Origin: an uncultured cyanobacterium
GTDB lineage: Bacteria > Cyanobacteriota > Cyanobacteriia > CAKZMO01
DNA length: 64,000 nucleotides
Assembly: GCA_963719515.1 (NCBI GenBank)
Contig: CAVRCJ010000003.1
Location: 576,001-640,000, forward strand
Reading direction: 5' to 3'
Positions within the stretch are counted from its first letter, which is position 1. Every line of letters starts with the position of its first letter. The translations under genes and the position numbers were made by a program. Below the pieces are notes generated by a model that did not search any database, was not told the origin of the DNA, and saw only the letters and a program-made list of their open reading frames with translations. Shown piece after piece: positions 22,279 through 32,001 of this stretch.

Positions 22279-22308
22279 GAAGGGGTTGAGCCTAGCTCAG
22301 CCCCTTTC
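22279..22308 (+). terminator. Terminator after sigC
   Basis: GAAGGGGTTGAGC-CTA-GCTCAGCCCCTTTC hairpin. Confidence 0.65.
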
Positions 22309-22578
22309 TAGCCTTTAAAGCTTTCTCCAAGCGACCGCACACTGTCTCCTGTCTCAGTCTTCCTGTCTCGAGCCATCGCGGGGACTTCTGAAATCTGAAT
22401 TTCTGAAATCTAGGGGCGACCACAAGATTTCGCTTTATTGCAGACTATTACGGGATGTACAACTCTTAACTTAATATAGGTCGCTAGGCCAATTTCCCTT
22501 GATAGACTGAATGGCGTAAGCGCTGTAGCCCGGACCCGTACGGCCACGGCAGCAGTCCCGTTTTAATACGACATACCG

Positions 22579-23655
22579 ATGGTAGATTCCCTAAAGAAAC
22601 CCGAATTTCAAGAGCTGCGGCCTGGGGTCAAAGTCCCGGCTAAAGAAACTATTCTGACGCCGCGCTTCTATACCACCGATTTTGACGCCATGGCCGAGAT
22701 GGATATCTCGGTTAACGAGGATGAGCTGCAGGCCATCCTAGAAGAGTTTCGCGTCGACTACAACCGCCATCACTTCGTGCGGGACGGCGAGTTCGAGCAG
22801 TCTTGGGACCACATCGACGGTGAGACCCGTCAGCTGTTTGTCGAGTTCCTAGAGCGCTCCTGCACCGCTGAGTTTTCCGGCTTCCTACTTTACAAAGAGC
22901 TATCCCGCCGCCTCAAGGGCAAAAGCCCCGTACTGGCAGAGTGCTTCCAGCTGATGTCCAGGGACGAGGCCCGTCACGCTGGCTTCCTCAACAAGGCCTT
23001 GTCGGACTTCAACCTGTCCCTTGACCTCGGCTTCCTGACCAAAAGCCGTAAGTACACCTTCTTCGCGCCCAAGTTCATTTTCTACGCCACCTACCTCTCG
23101 GAGAAAATTGGCTACTGGCGCTACATCACCATCTTCCGCCACCTCGATGCCAACCCCGAAGACCGCATCTACCCGATTTTCCGGTTCTTCAAGGAGTGGT
23201 GTCAGGACGAAAACCGCCACGGTGACTTTTTCGACGCCATCATGCGAGCCCAGCCCTTCATTCTGACGGGGTGGAAGGCTAGACTCTGGTCGCGGTTCTT
23301 CTTGCTGTCGGTGTTCGCCACGATGTATCTCAACGACATCCAGCGCTCTGGGTTCTACCGGGCCTTGGGGCTAGACGCTCGCGAGTACGACATCCACGTC
23401 ATCCGCAAGACTAACGAGACGGCGGGCCGGGTGTTCCCAATCGTCCTTGATGTTGAGAACCCTGAGTTTTATGAGCGCCTTGACGTTTGCGTCGAGAACA
23501 ACCGTAAGCTGACGGCGATCGTCCAATCATCGGCGGCGGCCCCCGTTAAGCTGCTGAAGAAGGTTCCCTATTACCTCTCTAACGCGAAGCATCTGCTGAG
23601 GCTCTACTTTATGAAGCCTATTGATACAGAAGCGCTGGCTGGAACTGTACGCTAG
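22579..23655 (+). CDS. acsF: Mg-protoporphyrin IX monomethyl ester oxidative cyclase
   Basis: [25 protein letters not shown] and DENRHGD di-iron motifs. Confidence 0.97.
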   Translation: MVDSLKKPEFQELRPGVKVPAKETILTPRFYTTDFDAMAEMDISVNEDELQAILEEFRVDYNRHHFVRDGEFEQSWDHIDGETRQLFVEFLERSCTAEFSGFLLYKELSRRLKGKSPVLAECFQLMSRDEARHAGFLNKALSDFNLSLDLGFLTKSRKYTFFAPKFIFYATYLSEKIGYWRYITIFRHLDANPEDRIYPIFRFFKEWCQDENRHGDFFDAIMRAQPFILTGWKARLWSRFFLLSVFATMYLNDIQRSGFYRALGLDAREYDIHVIRKTNETAGRVFPIVLDVENPEFYERLDVCVENNRKLTAIVQSSAAAPVKLLKKVPYYLSNAKHLLRLYFMKPIDTEALAGTVR

Positions 23656-23693
23656 GTCCAGAATTTATAGCGAACTGAAGAGCGGTTCTGGCT

Positions 23694-24482
23694 TTGTCAG
23701 AGCCGCTTTTTGGTGTCACCACCATAGGTCTACAGAAGATGAATAACCAACTGTTCTGCCGTCGACCGTGGCGTACAGGTCGAGGTTTTGCTGCATTGGC
23801 GATCTGCCAGATGGTTGCCCTGATCTGGAGTACAGTCGTCTCGGCGCAGCCCGCTGGCGGACAGGACGGGAACGCTACGTCACGGGGAGAGACCCTGGAC
23901 CTTGACGAGTCGATTGTCGAGTCGAGTCCTGCGCTGCAGCGGTGGCTAGAAGAAACTCCCGATCTGCGTGAGGACATCCGCCGCGATCCGGCCTTCCGCA
24001 CCCGGCTGCGGCTAGGGTACCTGGGGGTGGACGGTGGGGATGGTGATAGCGACGGCATTCTAGTTGGCGTAGAGGACATTATGCTGACCCGCAGCGGCCT
24101 CACCCTAAGCGCTGACTATCGGGGCACTTTGAGCGGCGATCGCTATAGCACCGGGGGAGAGCTGCGCTATTATTTGCTTCCCTTGGGCAGGCGAGTGAAT
24201 CTAGCTCCTGTGTTGGGCTATCGAGGTATTCGCGCTCGCGAGGCATTGGATGGGGTTGCAGTAGGGGCGCGGCTGCTGCTGATTCCCTCCCGCACGGGGG
24301 CCGCCGACCTCTCTTTGGCGCAGACGCTGGTCAACCCCGGAGGCCGCGAAGAGGCGAGCCTGTTTACGGTGTCTGCCGGGTATGCCCTGACTCAGCAGCT
24401 CCGCGTGGCGGGAGACATTCGGGTTGAGACCGTCAGCGAGAGCGACACCCAAATGGCGGTGGTTCTGGAGTGGCTTCTGTAA
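23694..24482 (+). CDS. Hypothetical exported, probable beta-barrel protein
   Basis: Signal-like segment, alternating beta-strand pattern and terminal VVLEWLL; start uncertain. Confidence 0.55.
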   Translation: MSEPLFGVTTIGLQKMNNQLFCRRPWRTGRGFAALAICQMVALIWSTVVSAQPAGGQDGNATSRGETLDLDESIVESSPALQRWLEETPDLREDIRRDPAFRTRLRLGYLGVDGGDGDSDGILVGVEDIMLTRSGLTLSADYRGTLSGDRYSTGGELRYYLLPLGRRVNLAPVLGYRGIRAREALDGVAVGARLLLIPSRTGAADLSLAQTLVNPGGREEASLFTVSAGYALTQQLRVAGDIRVETVSESDTQMAVVLEWLL

Positions 24483-24604
24483 GCCGAAGGACTCATCGCA
24501 TTGCCGCAGGACAGTGCGCGAAGTGCGCTATCACAAAGCCCACCGGAGTAGGGTGTTGTGATAGAGTCTTGCCCATACGGTTTAGGTAGGTCATTGAGGT
24601 CATA

Positions 24605-25759
24605 ATGGGGCGCTTTTATCAACGTAATCGCACAATGGCCACCGCGCTGCTGCTAGTGCTGTTGATGGCTCCTGTGGCGGCGTCTTGCCGCGATCGCAGC
24701 CCCGATAACAGCGAGATTCCCAGCAATAGCGCTGACGAGGACCCTGAGCAGAATTTAACGTTCCGAAATATTACTCTAGAGCAGGCCGATGATGCCGGCA
24801 CGATTCAGTGGCGGGTAATTGCTGACCAGGCGATTTACAGCCAGGATCGCCAAGATGCTGAGATCGAGAATCCCATTGGGGAATTTTTCAGTGGCGGCAA
24901 GCCCGTGTACGATGTCTCGGCCAACGAGGGCAACGTGCTGCAAAACGGCGAACAGCTTGTGCTGCGCGACCAGGTGGTGATCACAGATATTGAAAGCGGC
25001 GCGGTGCTCAAGGGAGATGAGCTCACCTGGAACCCGGAGAAAAATACAATCATCATTACGGGCAAGGTTACGGGAACCCACCCTGATTTTGTACTGTCTG
25101 CCGGCAGCGCCGAAGCTTATGTCGACGAACAGCGTATTGTGCTGGAAGAGAGCGTCAAGATTGTCAGCACGGACGGGACCGTGCAGCTCAATGGCGATCG
25201 CCTCCTGTGGCGGATTGAGGATGAGCTGCTGATCGCGGACCGCCCGCTGCAGATCCAGCAGCGTCAAGGTAACCAGGTTACCCATAGAGCCAGCGCCAAC
25301 CGCGCCACGTTCAACATTGGGAATGAGGTCGCAGTGCTACAGCAAAATGCGGTAGTTACTCTGCAAGAGCCGCCGATTCGGCTGACGGGAGACGCGCTGC
25401 AGTGGAATATGGGCGGGCAGACCATTGCGGCAAGCCAACCCTTCACCGTGGTTCATCAGGCCGAGCAAACGACGCTTAAGGCAGACCGAGGACAGGGCAA
25501 CATAGAGTCTCAAGTCTTCAAGATGCAGGGGAATGTGTCGGTACTGGCGCAGAGTACGGGAGGGCAGTTGACCTCCAACCGCTTGACCTGGACGATTCCC
25601 ACTCAAAACTTATTGGCAGAGGAAAACGTAAAGTATCGTCAGCCCGACCCTCCGCTTGATCTCAAAGGCGACCGAGCGGTTGGGCGTATGGAAAACCAGA
25701 CCTTGGTGGTGACAGGAAATCAGGTGGTGACGGAAATCTTGCCCAACGTCGTCAACTAA
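24605..25759 (+). CDS. lptC: LPS export periplasmic protein LptC (multi-repeat)
   Basis: Lipoprotein-like signal peptide; repeated 'L.W....I' jellyroll segments. Confidence 0.8.
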   Translation: MGRFYQRNRTMATALLLVLLMAPVAASCRDRSPDNSEIPSNSADEDPEQNLTFRNITLEQADDAGTIQWRVIADQAIYSQDRQDAEIENPIGEFFSGGKPVYDVSANEGNVLQNGEQLVLRDQVVITDIESGAVLKGDELTWNPEKNTIIITGKVTGTHPDFVLSAGSAEAYVDEQRIVLEESVKIVSTDGTVQLNGDRLLWRIEDELLIADRPLQIQQRQGNQVTHRASANRATFNIGNEVAVLQQNAVVTLQEPPIRLTGDALQWNMGGQTIAASQPFTVVHQAEQTTLKADRGQGNIESQVFKMQGNVSVLAQSTGGQLTSNRLTWTIPTQNLLAEENVKYRQPDPPLDLKGDRAVGRMENQTLVVTGNQVVTEILPNVVN

Positions 25760-25828
25760 TCTCACCTTTGAAAGTAGGCATGTCCGAATTCGGCGTATAG
25801 ACCTGCAGCAAAGGGGCATGAACTACGT

Positions 25829-27073
25829 CTAGCCGCAAGGGTGAGCTAGACGTTTCGCACGTTTCAACGCACCGACTTGCTTCATGCTTCCGCAATCAGT
25901 AGAGGTTGATACTCGACGGCTTGAGGACAGTTCCTGCCCCTTGGCCCAGATCAAGTTGACCTGGGCAGCATTGGTATCGCGGTCCTCAACATGGCCGCAG
26001 TGCTGGCATACGTGAGTGCGCTCAGCCATTGTCTTGGGCGTCGTCTCCCAGCACACAGCACATCGCTGAGTAGGCTTAAGCTGCCGGGTAGGGGACTCGA
26101 CATAGAAGCCACCGGCCTCAGCCGACTTGTAGGATAGCAGCTTGCCAATCTCGGCAAACCCTACCGACAAGATAGAGCGATTGAGACCGGCCTTTTGCTT
26201 TTTCCGCTTACCCTTCTGGGCCTTGCGAGTCATGCCCTTGACGTTGAGTTGTTCGCCAGCAACTAGGCTGTTATCGCGTACTATGCTGCTGGTTACCTGG
26301 TGAAGCCAATCCTCGCGCTGGCGCTTCACTGTTCGCTTGCGACTAGAAATCTTTTGTTGCGCTGCTTTCCATCTGCGAGAGCCACGCACCCCACCACGCC
26401 GGTCAGGGCGGCGCTTCCTTTGCAGGGACTTGCTCAGTCGCTTAACGGCCCGGTCGCCCTCGGCGATAAATTGAGGCTTGCGCTCTTTGGTGCGGTCCGA
26501 GAACGATATGGCATCTTTGCAGCCCAGGTCCACACCGATAGCGCCTGTCCCTGTCTCCCGCACCGGGCTGCATTTGACCGTGATGCTGGTATACCACCTG
26601 CCATTCCGACAGAAGATAGTGCAAGTGGTAGGGGTGCCCCATGTGCGGGCGTTGCCGCGCATCTTGATAACGCCTAGGTTAGACAGTTTCAAGCTACCAT
26701 GCTTGCCCTCGGTGAGCGCTTTCCAGCCCGCCTTACACGGATATGTCCAGCCAGCATAAAAGCGGTTTCCCTTAAACTTTGGATATCCTCCAAGTCCCTT
26801 GAAAAACCGCTCAAATGCGAAGTCAACCCGCTTTAACGTCGCTTGCAGCGCATGACTGCCAAGCTCAGCAAATTCAGGCCATTCTGCCTTGAACGCTGGC
26901 AAACAATTCTGCTGAGCATAATAGTCAACACTGATGCCCCAGCGTTTATACATGTCGCGCCTGTCAGCTAACGCTGCATTGTATAGATAGCAATGCAAAC
27001 GTTTCCACTCAAACAGCTTACTACCCTGCTGTTTGGTCGGATATAGCCGGTAGGTGATACGTCGCGTTAGCAT
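25829..27073 (-). CDS. tnpB: RNA-guided endonuclease TnpB
   Basis: [26 protein letters not shown], zinc finger and DRDTNAA. Confidence 0.95.
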   Translation of the reverse strand: MLTRRITYRLYPTKQQGSKLFEWKRLHCYLYNAALADRRDMYKRWGISVDYYAQQNCLPAFKAEWPEFAELGSHALQATLKRVDFAFERFFKGLGGYPKFKGNRFYAGWTYPCKAGWKALTEGKHGSLKLSNLGVIKMRGNARTWGTPTTCTIFCRNGRWYTSITVKCSPVRETGTGAIGVDLGCKDAISFSDRTKERKPQFIAEGDRAVKRLSKSLQRKRRPDRRGGVRGSRRWKAAQQKISSRKRTVKRQREDWLHQVTSSIVRDNSLVAGEQLNVKGMTRKAQKGKRKKQKAGLNRSILSVGFAEIGKLLSYKSAEAGGFYVESPTRQLKPTQRCAVCWETTPKTMAERTHVCQHCGHVEDRDTNAAQVNLIWAKGQELSSSRRVSTSTDCGSMKQVGALKRAKRLAHPCG

Positions 27074-27080
27074 GCAATTA

Positions 27081-27099
27081 TTGTAGCACGGTTGTAGCA
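27081..27099. promoter_or_regulatory. Direct-repeat operator candidate overlapping the tnpB extended -10
   Basis: TTGTAGCA-CGG-TTGTAGCA; minus strand reads TGcTACAAT 6 nt before the tnpB ATG. Confidence 0.55.
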
Positions 27100-27101
27100 G
27101 T

Positions 27102-27242
27102 ATGCCGCTAGACAAGATGTTGAGAGTACGAATGACCAATGAAGAATTTGAAAAGTTGAAAGCTTACGCAGATAACAAGGGCTGGAGTATCGCTTTAGTA
27201 ATTCGCGAGTACGTGAGGCGACTGCCTAAGATTGCTCCCTAG
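27102..27242 (+). CDS. Small ribbon-helix-helix (CopG-like) protein, 46 aa
   Basis: Manual translation MPLDKMLRVRMTNEEFEKLKAYADNKGWSIALVIREYVRRLPKIAP; below the ORF-track cutoff. Confidence 0.75.
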   Translation: MPLDKMLRVRMTNEEFEKLKAYADNKGWSIALVIREYVRRLPKIAP

Positions 27243-27306
27243 CGGTCGCCGCTATCCTTCCCTAATCCGCTACGCTGAGATTAGGGACTGCCGCGTCACT
27301 GTTCAA

Positions 27307-27335
27307 CAAAAATAGGGCGCGCCGAGACGCACCCT
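27307..27335 (-). terminator. Terminator after psaE
   Basis: TAGGGTGCG/CGCGCCCTA stem followed by TTTTT on the minus strand. Confidence 0.6.
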
Positions 27336-27358
27336 ACGAAATCTGAACTTGCTTCTGT

Positions 27359-27730
27359 CTAGCGGTCCGGCGTGCCCTGGTTAGGGGAACCTTCAGGAGT
27401 GCTGTCTGCGCCAGGAGCCTCGGCGTCTGCCGACTTCGTGTCTTGGTTGCTCGATTGCCCAGTACGGCGAGTTGCCGGCTCTAAAGTTGTCTGCTGACCC
27501 CCTGATGCGGTTGGCGTTGACTTCTTCGCCTTACCTTTGGGAGCGCCAATCTCAATAACTTCGTCTTCGCCGAAGTTATTGGTGTTGATGCCAGCGTAAT
27601 TGACCTTGTTGAATCGAACAATAACCGGGTATCGAATACCGCTTTGATCGACCGATGCTACCGTGCCGACGTCCTTGTACCAGTAGGATTCTGGACGAAG
27701 AATTCTAACTTTAGAGCCGCGCTGAACCAT
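27359..27730 (-). CDS. psaE: Photosystem I subunit IV with C-terminal extension
   Basis: [34 protein letters not shown]. Confidence 0.95.
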   Translation of the reverse strand: MVQRGSKVRILRPESYWYKDVGTVASVDQSGIRYPVIVRFNKVNYAGINTNNFGEDEVIEIGAPKGKAKKSTPTASGGQQTTLEPATRRTGQSSNQDTKSADAEAPGADSTPEGSPNQGTPDR

Positions 27731-27795
27731 ATCTAATTTCCTTCCACTCTCAAATCACATATAGGCTCACCTAGTTAAGCAGGCGGCCTGGTTAA

Positions 27796-27823
27796 ACTTA
27801 CTCTGGACTTACTCTGGACTTAC
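27796..27823. repeat. 11-bp tandem repeat upstream of psaE
   Basis: ACTTACTCTGG x2 plus ACTTAC. Confidence 0.8.
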
Positions 27824-28030
27824 ATTTGACCGTATCGCTTGGAAACAAGCTAAACCTATTCTACTGGCTGGATGTTTCGGCTTAAAAAAACGATACAGTC
27901 GCGCAACGGATATATACATTTTTTGAATCATGGCTGTAGCTATGACGATTGGAGTCCCTCGCAGCCCTTTTGCCTCTGGACCTAACCCTGCAAAACCGGA
28001 CGCTTCAAAGCTTGCTAGACTAGCTAAACG

Positions 28031-28298
28031 AGATGGTTCTAGCGGGGATCAGCCGCTAGAGGCGCTGTACAGCCTGTTTCCCTCGGTTGAGTCCCAGTCA
28101 AGCTGTGGATCACAACCAGCAGAGATTGAGCGATCGCGTCAGGGAAAGCACGGTGATTCGCGTACTGGCCTTGGGGTCAGCTGCGTTTGCGTACATCGTC
28201 ACTTGGATGATGCTAAAGAGCGTGAATTTGCGAAGAGTCCGTCACTGTCCCGCAGCTGTAATCTGGGTAACCCCAGTGAGTCAGAACGCCTGCTGTCT
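28031..28298 (+). promoter_or_regulatory. Cobalamin riboswitch (expanded)
   Basis: GGTTCTAGCGG..CCGCTAGAG, AGGGAAAG.ACGGTGA, CCGT.ACTGTCCCGCAGCTGTAA and GAGTCAGAACGCCTGC core elements directly upstream of cobW. Confidence 0.85.
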
Positions 28299-28368
28299 GT
28301 TGTTAACGGTTCTAAAGATCCAAACTCTATCTGCGAGGTACAGATGATGAACTTGATTGGGAAAGGTA

Positions 28369-29466
28369 ATGGGTAAACTACCGGTTACCGTAATTACAGG
28401 CTTTTTGGGGGCTGGGAAAACTACCCTCATTCGGCACCTGCTCACCCACAGCGGCGGACGCAGAATTGCCGTGTTGGTGAACGAATTTGGTGAGATTGGC
28501 ATTGATGGGGACGTGCTGCGCTCTTGTCAGGTGTGTGATGAAGAGCCTGCCTCTGCCGGAACAGATGCCAGCGCTTCGGCGGCAGCGCCGAACATTGTTG
28601 AGCTGACGAATGGCTGCCTGTGCTGCACCGTCCAAGAGGAATTTCTGCCCACTATGCAGGCGCTGCTGCGCCGCCGCGAGCAAATTGACTGCGTCGTTAT
28701 TGAAACGTCAGGCTTGGCCCTGCCCCAGCCGCTAGTGCGGGCGTTTCGCTGGCCGGAGATCCGCACCCAGGCCACGGTGGATAGCGTGGTGACGGTGGTG
28801 GATTCAGAGGCGATCGCTTTGGGGCATGTCGCTAGCGATGCCGTAGCGCTGGAGCGCCAGCGCCAGGATGATCCCAACCTAGACCACGAGACGCCGATTG
28901 ACGAGCTGTTTGCCGATCAGCTAGCCTGCGCTGATTTGGTACTGCTGACGAAGCTGGACCAGCTCAGCGTAGCCGATCAGGCAAGGGTGCAGCAGCAGAT
29001 CTCACAGCGCCTTCCCGCAGGGGTCAGCGCCGTCGCCTGCGACCAGGGCCGCATCAGCACCGATCTGCTGCTGGGCATCGACGCCGAAGTCGAGGCTCAC
29101 CTGGACGCGCGGTCAGATCATGATCACGACCCCGCTGATCACGACCATGACCATGGCCACGACCACGACGACCGCATCAACGCCGTGCACATTACCCTAG
29201 ACACCCCGATGGCACCAGAGCAGCTGATGTCGCGTCTGAAGGCGTTGAGCGAGACCCATACCCTCTACCGGGTGAAAGGGTTTGTCGACGTGCCGCAGAA
29301 GCCTATGCGCATGGTGCTGCAAGGCGTTGGGCAGCGATTCGACTCCTTTTATGACCGCCTCTGGAAAGCAGACGAGCAGCGGCAAACCCAGCTTGTATTC
29401 ATTGGAGACCGGCTCGACCCCGAGTCGATTCGGCGATCGCTACTGCAGCAGGTCAATCTGGTTTAG
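28369..29466 (+). CDS. cobW: Cobalamin biosynthesis GTPase CobW (COG0523)
   Basis: TGFLGAGKTT, NEFGE, NGCLCC, ETSGLA.P and His-rich stretch; B12 riboswitch leader. Confidence 0.92.
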   Translation: MGKLPVTVITGFLGAGKTTLIRHLLTHSGGRRIAVLVNEFGEIGIDGDVLRSCQVCDEEPASAGTDASASAAAPNIVELTNGCLCCTVQEEFLPTMQALLRRREQIDCVVIETSGLALPQPLVRAFRWPEIRTQATVDSVVTVVDSEAIALGHVASDAVALERQRQDDPNLDHETPIDELFADQLACADLVLLTKLDQLSVADQARVQQQISQRLPAGVSAVACDQGRISTDLLLGIDAEVEAHLDARSDHDHDPADHDHDHGHDHDDRINAVHITLDTPMAPEQLMSRLKALSETHTLYRVKGFVDVPQKPMRMVLQGVGQRFDSFYDRLWKADEQRQTQLVFIGDRLDPESIRRSLLQQVNLV

Positions 29467-29531
29467 CCGAGTTCGCGTTATTTAAGTCAAGCCTTTAATC
29501 GAGTTATTGAGTCCGCGTTGAGTTAAAGTTT

Positions 29532-29963
29532 ATGGCTATGTCACAGATCACGATCCGCCCTGCTGCACCTGCCACTGATGGCCTTATTTCCCATGCAGCA
29601 GCCCTCTTGAATTTAGACGACGCGCTTTCTAAGCGCGATATCGCCCTCGACCCAGTGGGCTACTTCATCATCACCCTCGACCGCGATCGCCAGCTCATTT
29701 GCGCGGCGCACTACACGAACATCATCAGCGAGGCCGGGGTAGCCCTTGATCCAGAGACTGGTCAGCCCCTGCCCTGCAACAAACCGCTCAAGCGAGAGCC
29801 TACGCAGGTTTACCAGGGCAGAAGCGCCAAGGAGCTGGGCATTCTGATTACCGAAGTGCCCAACCCGCCGTTGACCAAACTCGACCATGCGCTTTACCTA
29901 GGGCGAGAGTTTGTCCGGGCTGAGCAAGCGCTAGTGACTGGTCAGGACTACGTCCAGGACTAG
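29532..29963 (+). CDS. DUF4346 domain protein
   Basis: LDPVGYFII, HALYLGREF and YVQD terminus. Confidence 0.8.
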   Translation: MAMSQITIRPAAPATDGLISHAAALLNLDDALSKRDIALDPVGYFIITLDRDRQLICAAHYTNIISEAGVALDPETGQPLPCNKPLKREPTQVYQGRSAKELGILITEVPNPPLTKLDHALYLGREFVRAEQALVTGQDYVQD

Positions 29964-30038
29964 GTTTCGACGCTAGCAAACCTTTACGTTTAGAATGGTG
30001 TTGCCGGATTTCGGGCGTGACCAATCGGATAGAGCAGC

Positions 30039-31898
30039 ATGGCGAATTCACGAGCTACTTCCAATAACGGTCGCGACACCGTCTACGGGCAGGTAGTGTC
30101 AGAGGGTGCTCCTCCCCCGCAACGAGCCTCGTTTCCCGGCCTCGGCGTTCTCCGCAGCCGCATGCTGTGGATGGCCGTCGGCACGACCCTGTTTGTGGGT
30201 ACGGCAACGATGGCGACGACCAGCCTGCTGCGGATTCCCGGACTGCCCAACTGCCCGTCTATCTTCTGGCCCACCGCCTCTGCAACCCTGCGCGTTTACT
30301 GCGCAGAACTCGCCGCCGAGCGCAACACCGAACGCGATTTTCGGCGGGCGATCGCCTTAGTCGATAGCCTCCCCGCAGACCATCCCATGCGTGCAGAACT
30401 CGATCGCATGGTGAAGACTTGGTCTTTTCAGCTGCTTGATTTGGCAGAAGAGGCTTTTCATCAAGGGGATCTAGAGCGATCGCTATCGATTGCCCGCCGA
30501 ATTTCGCGCCAGTGGCCTGCCTACGAGGAAGTGAGCGCGAAAACCGAGGTTTGGCGAGAGGTGTGGACGACGGCGGAAAAGCTGTTCCAAGAAGCGGAAT
30601 CGGCGCTGCGCCAGGAGGAGTTCAAGCTGGCCTTTGCCATTGGGCTAGACTTATCGACCGTCGGCAATCGCTACTGGGAAACCACAAAATACCCACAGCT
30701 GAGTCGGTTAATCGACACGACTCGTAAAGAAGGAGAAAAGCTCTCTGAGGCCCGCTACCTGGCCCGTCAAGATAATCTCACCGATCTACTCAAGGCTATC
30801 GATTTGGTGCAGGAAATTGGCGAAAAAAGCTACCTACACGCAGCGGCCCGCCGGACGGCTGACCAGTTTTGGGAGACGGCGCTCAATCTAGGGCTCGACG
30901 CGCTCGATCGCGGCGATAGCCAAAAGGCCCTGGCGGTGGCGCGGCGGCTGCCTGACAGCACCGAATTCAAGGCTAGGTCTGAAGACCTGCGCGAGCTGGC
31001 GCTGGCGGTGATGCAGGCCACCAAAGACACCGTTCCTGATATAGAGAACGCTATCATTCAGGCCAAAAAAATTCGCCCCGGCAGGCCGCTATACTACCGG
31101 GCCGATGAGTTTATTCGCTACTGGCAAGTCGATATTCAAAACCTGCAGCAGCTGGCCGAAGCTGAGTCGCTGGCGTCTCGCGGAGGCGCTAACAATCTGC
31201 GGGCGGCGATCGCCCAGGCCGAGCTGGTGGGCAACAGCCAGCCTCGCGCCAGTCAGGCCCGCAACGCGATCGCCGAGTGGCGCAGCGAAGTCCAGCGTAT
31301 TGAGGACCGGCCGCTACTCAATCAGGCCGAAGCGAAGGCCAATCAGGGCGATGCCAGATCCCTAGAAGCGGCCATTTCCCAAGCCGGGAGAATTTCCTCC
31401 GACAGCGTTCTTTATAACGAAGCTTCTGGCGCGATAAACCGCTGGACCCGTCAGCTGGAGCGGATCAGGGACGCCCCGCTGCTGGAGCGCTCCCGTCAGC
31501 TAGCCCGTGAGGGCAATTACGACGAGGCGATCGCCCTTCTAGAGGGCCTGGGCTCCGAGCACGCTCTCTACGATCAGGCTCAAGGTCAGCTCGAACAGTG
31601 GCAGCAGCAAACCGAGGGTGAAACCCTGCTAGAGCAAGCCCTAGAGCTGCGAGAAGCCGACACCCCCGCCAGCTTAGCCGATGCCATTCAGCTCACGCGC
31701 CGCGTACCCCGCAGCAGCTCTAGCTGGTTTGAAGCTAACCAGTTAGGTAACGAGTGGAGCCAAGACCTGCTGCGAACTGCCCGCCAGACGGTTTCTCAAG
31801 ATTTAGACCGGGCGATCGCTATTGCCCAGCTGATTCCAGCTGACACCGACGCCTACGAGACGGCCCAAGAGTCAATTGCATCATGGCAGGGTCAGTAG
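30039..31898 (+). CDS. Cyanobacterial membrane-anchored helical-repeat protein
   Basis: TM helix, PNCPSIFWP..RVYCA and repeated 'AI..A..I' helical units. Confidence 0.7.
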   Translation: MANSRATSNNGRDTVYGQVVSEGAPPPQRASFPGLGVLRSRMLWMAVGTTLFVGTATMATTSLLRIPGLPNCPSIFWPTASATLRVYCAELAAERNTERDFRRAIALVDSLPADHPMRAELDRMVKTWSFQLLDLAEEAFHQGDLERSLSIARRISRQWPAYEEVSAKTEVWREVWTTAEKLFQEAESALRQEEFKLAFAIGLDLSTVGNRYWETTKYPQLSRLIDTTRKEGEKLSEARYLARQDNLTDLLKAIDLVQEIGEKSYLHAAARRTADQFWETALNLGLDALDRGDSQKALAVARRLPDSTEFKARSEDLRELALAVMQATKDTVPDIENAIIQAKKIRPGRPLYYRADEFIRYWQVDIQNLQQLAEAESLASRGGANNLRAAIAQAELVGNSQPRASQARNAIAEWRSEVQRIEDRPLLNQAEAKANQGDARSLEAAISQAGRISSDSVLYNEASGAINRWTRQLERIRDAPLLERSRQLAREGNYDEAIALLEGLGSEHALYDQAQGQLEQWQQQTEGETLLEQALELREADTPASLADAIQLTRRVPRSSSSWFEANQLGNEWSQDLLRTARQTVSQDLDRAIAIAQLIPADTDAYETAQESIASWQGQ

Positions 31899-32001
31899 GC
31901 TGTGGCAGGGTCATGCCTCTGTGATACAAAATTCGGGCTCACAGCGCCTCATACGTTCGCGCAGGCCCACAGCGCCTTACAATAGGCCTCGCAATAGCGC
32001 C

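Larger units (their letters stand above)
25818..27301 (-). mobile_element. IS200/IS605-family element (tnpB plus small RHH gene, no tnpA)
   Basis: RE ...GTAGTTCAT with hairpin 25825-25853; LE CCCTAATC/GATTAGGG hairpin as in the 1213-2578 element; preceded by TGAA on the minus strand. Confidence 0.92.

Noticed and set aside
25829..27073. Nuclease-dead TnpB (TldR) or CRISPR-associated Cas12f
   Set aside because: All three RuvC acidic residues are present, IS ends are intact, and no CRISPR array or cas genes were seen.
27930..28376. ORFs of 148 and 86 aa upstream of cobW
   Set aside because: They overlap the cobalamin riboswitch and have no protein motifs.
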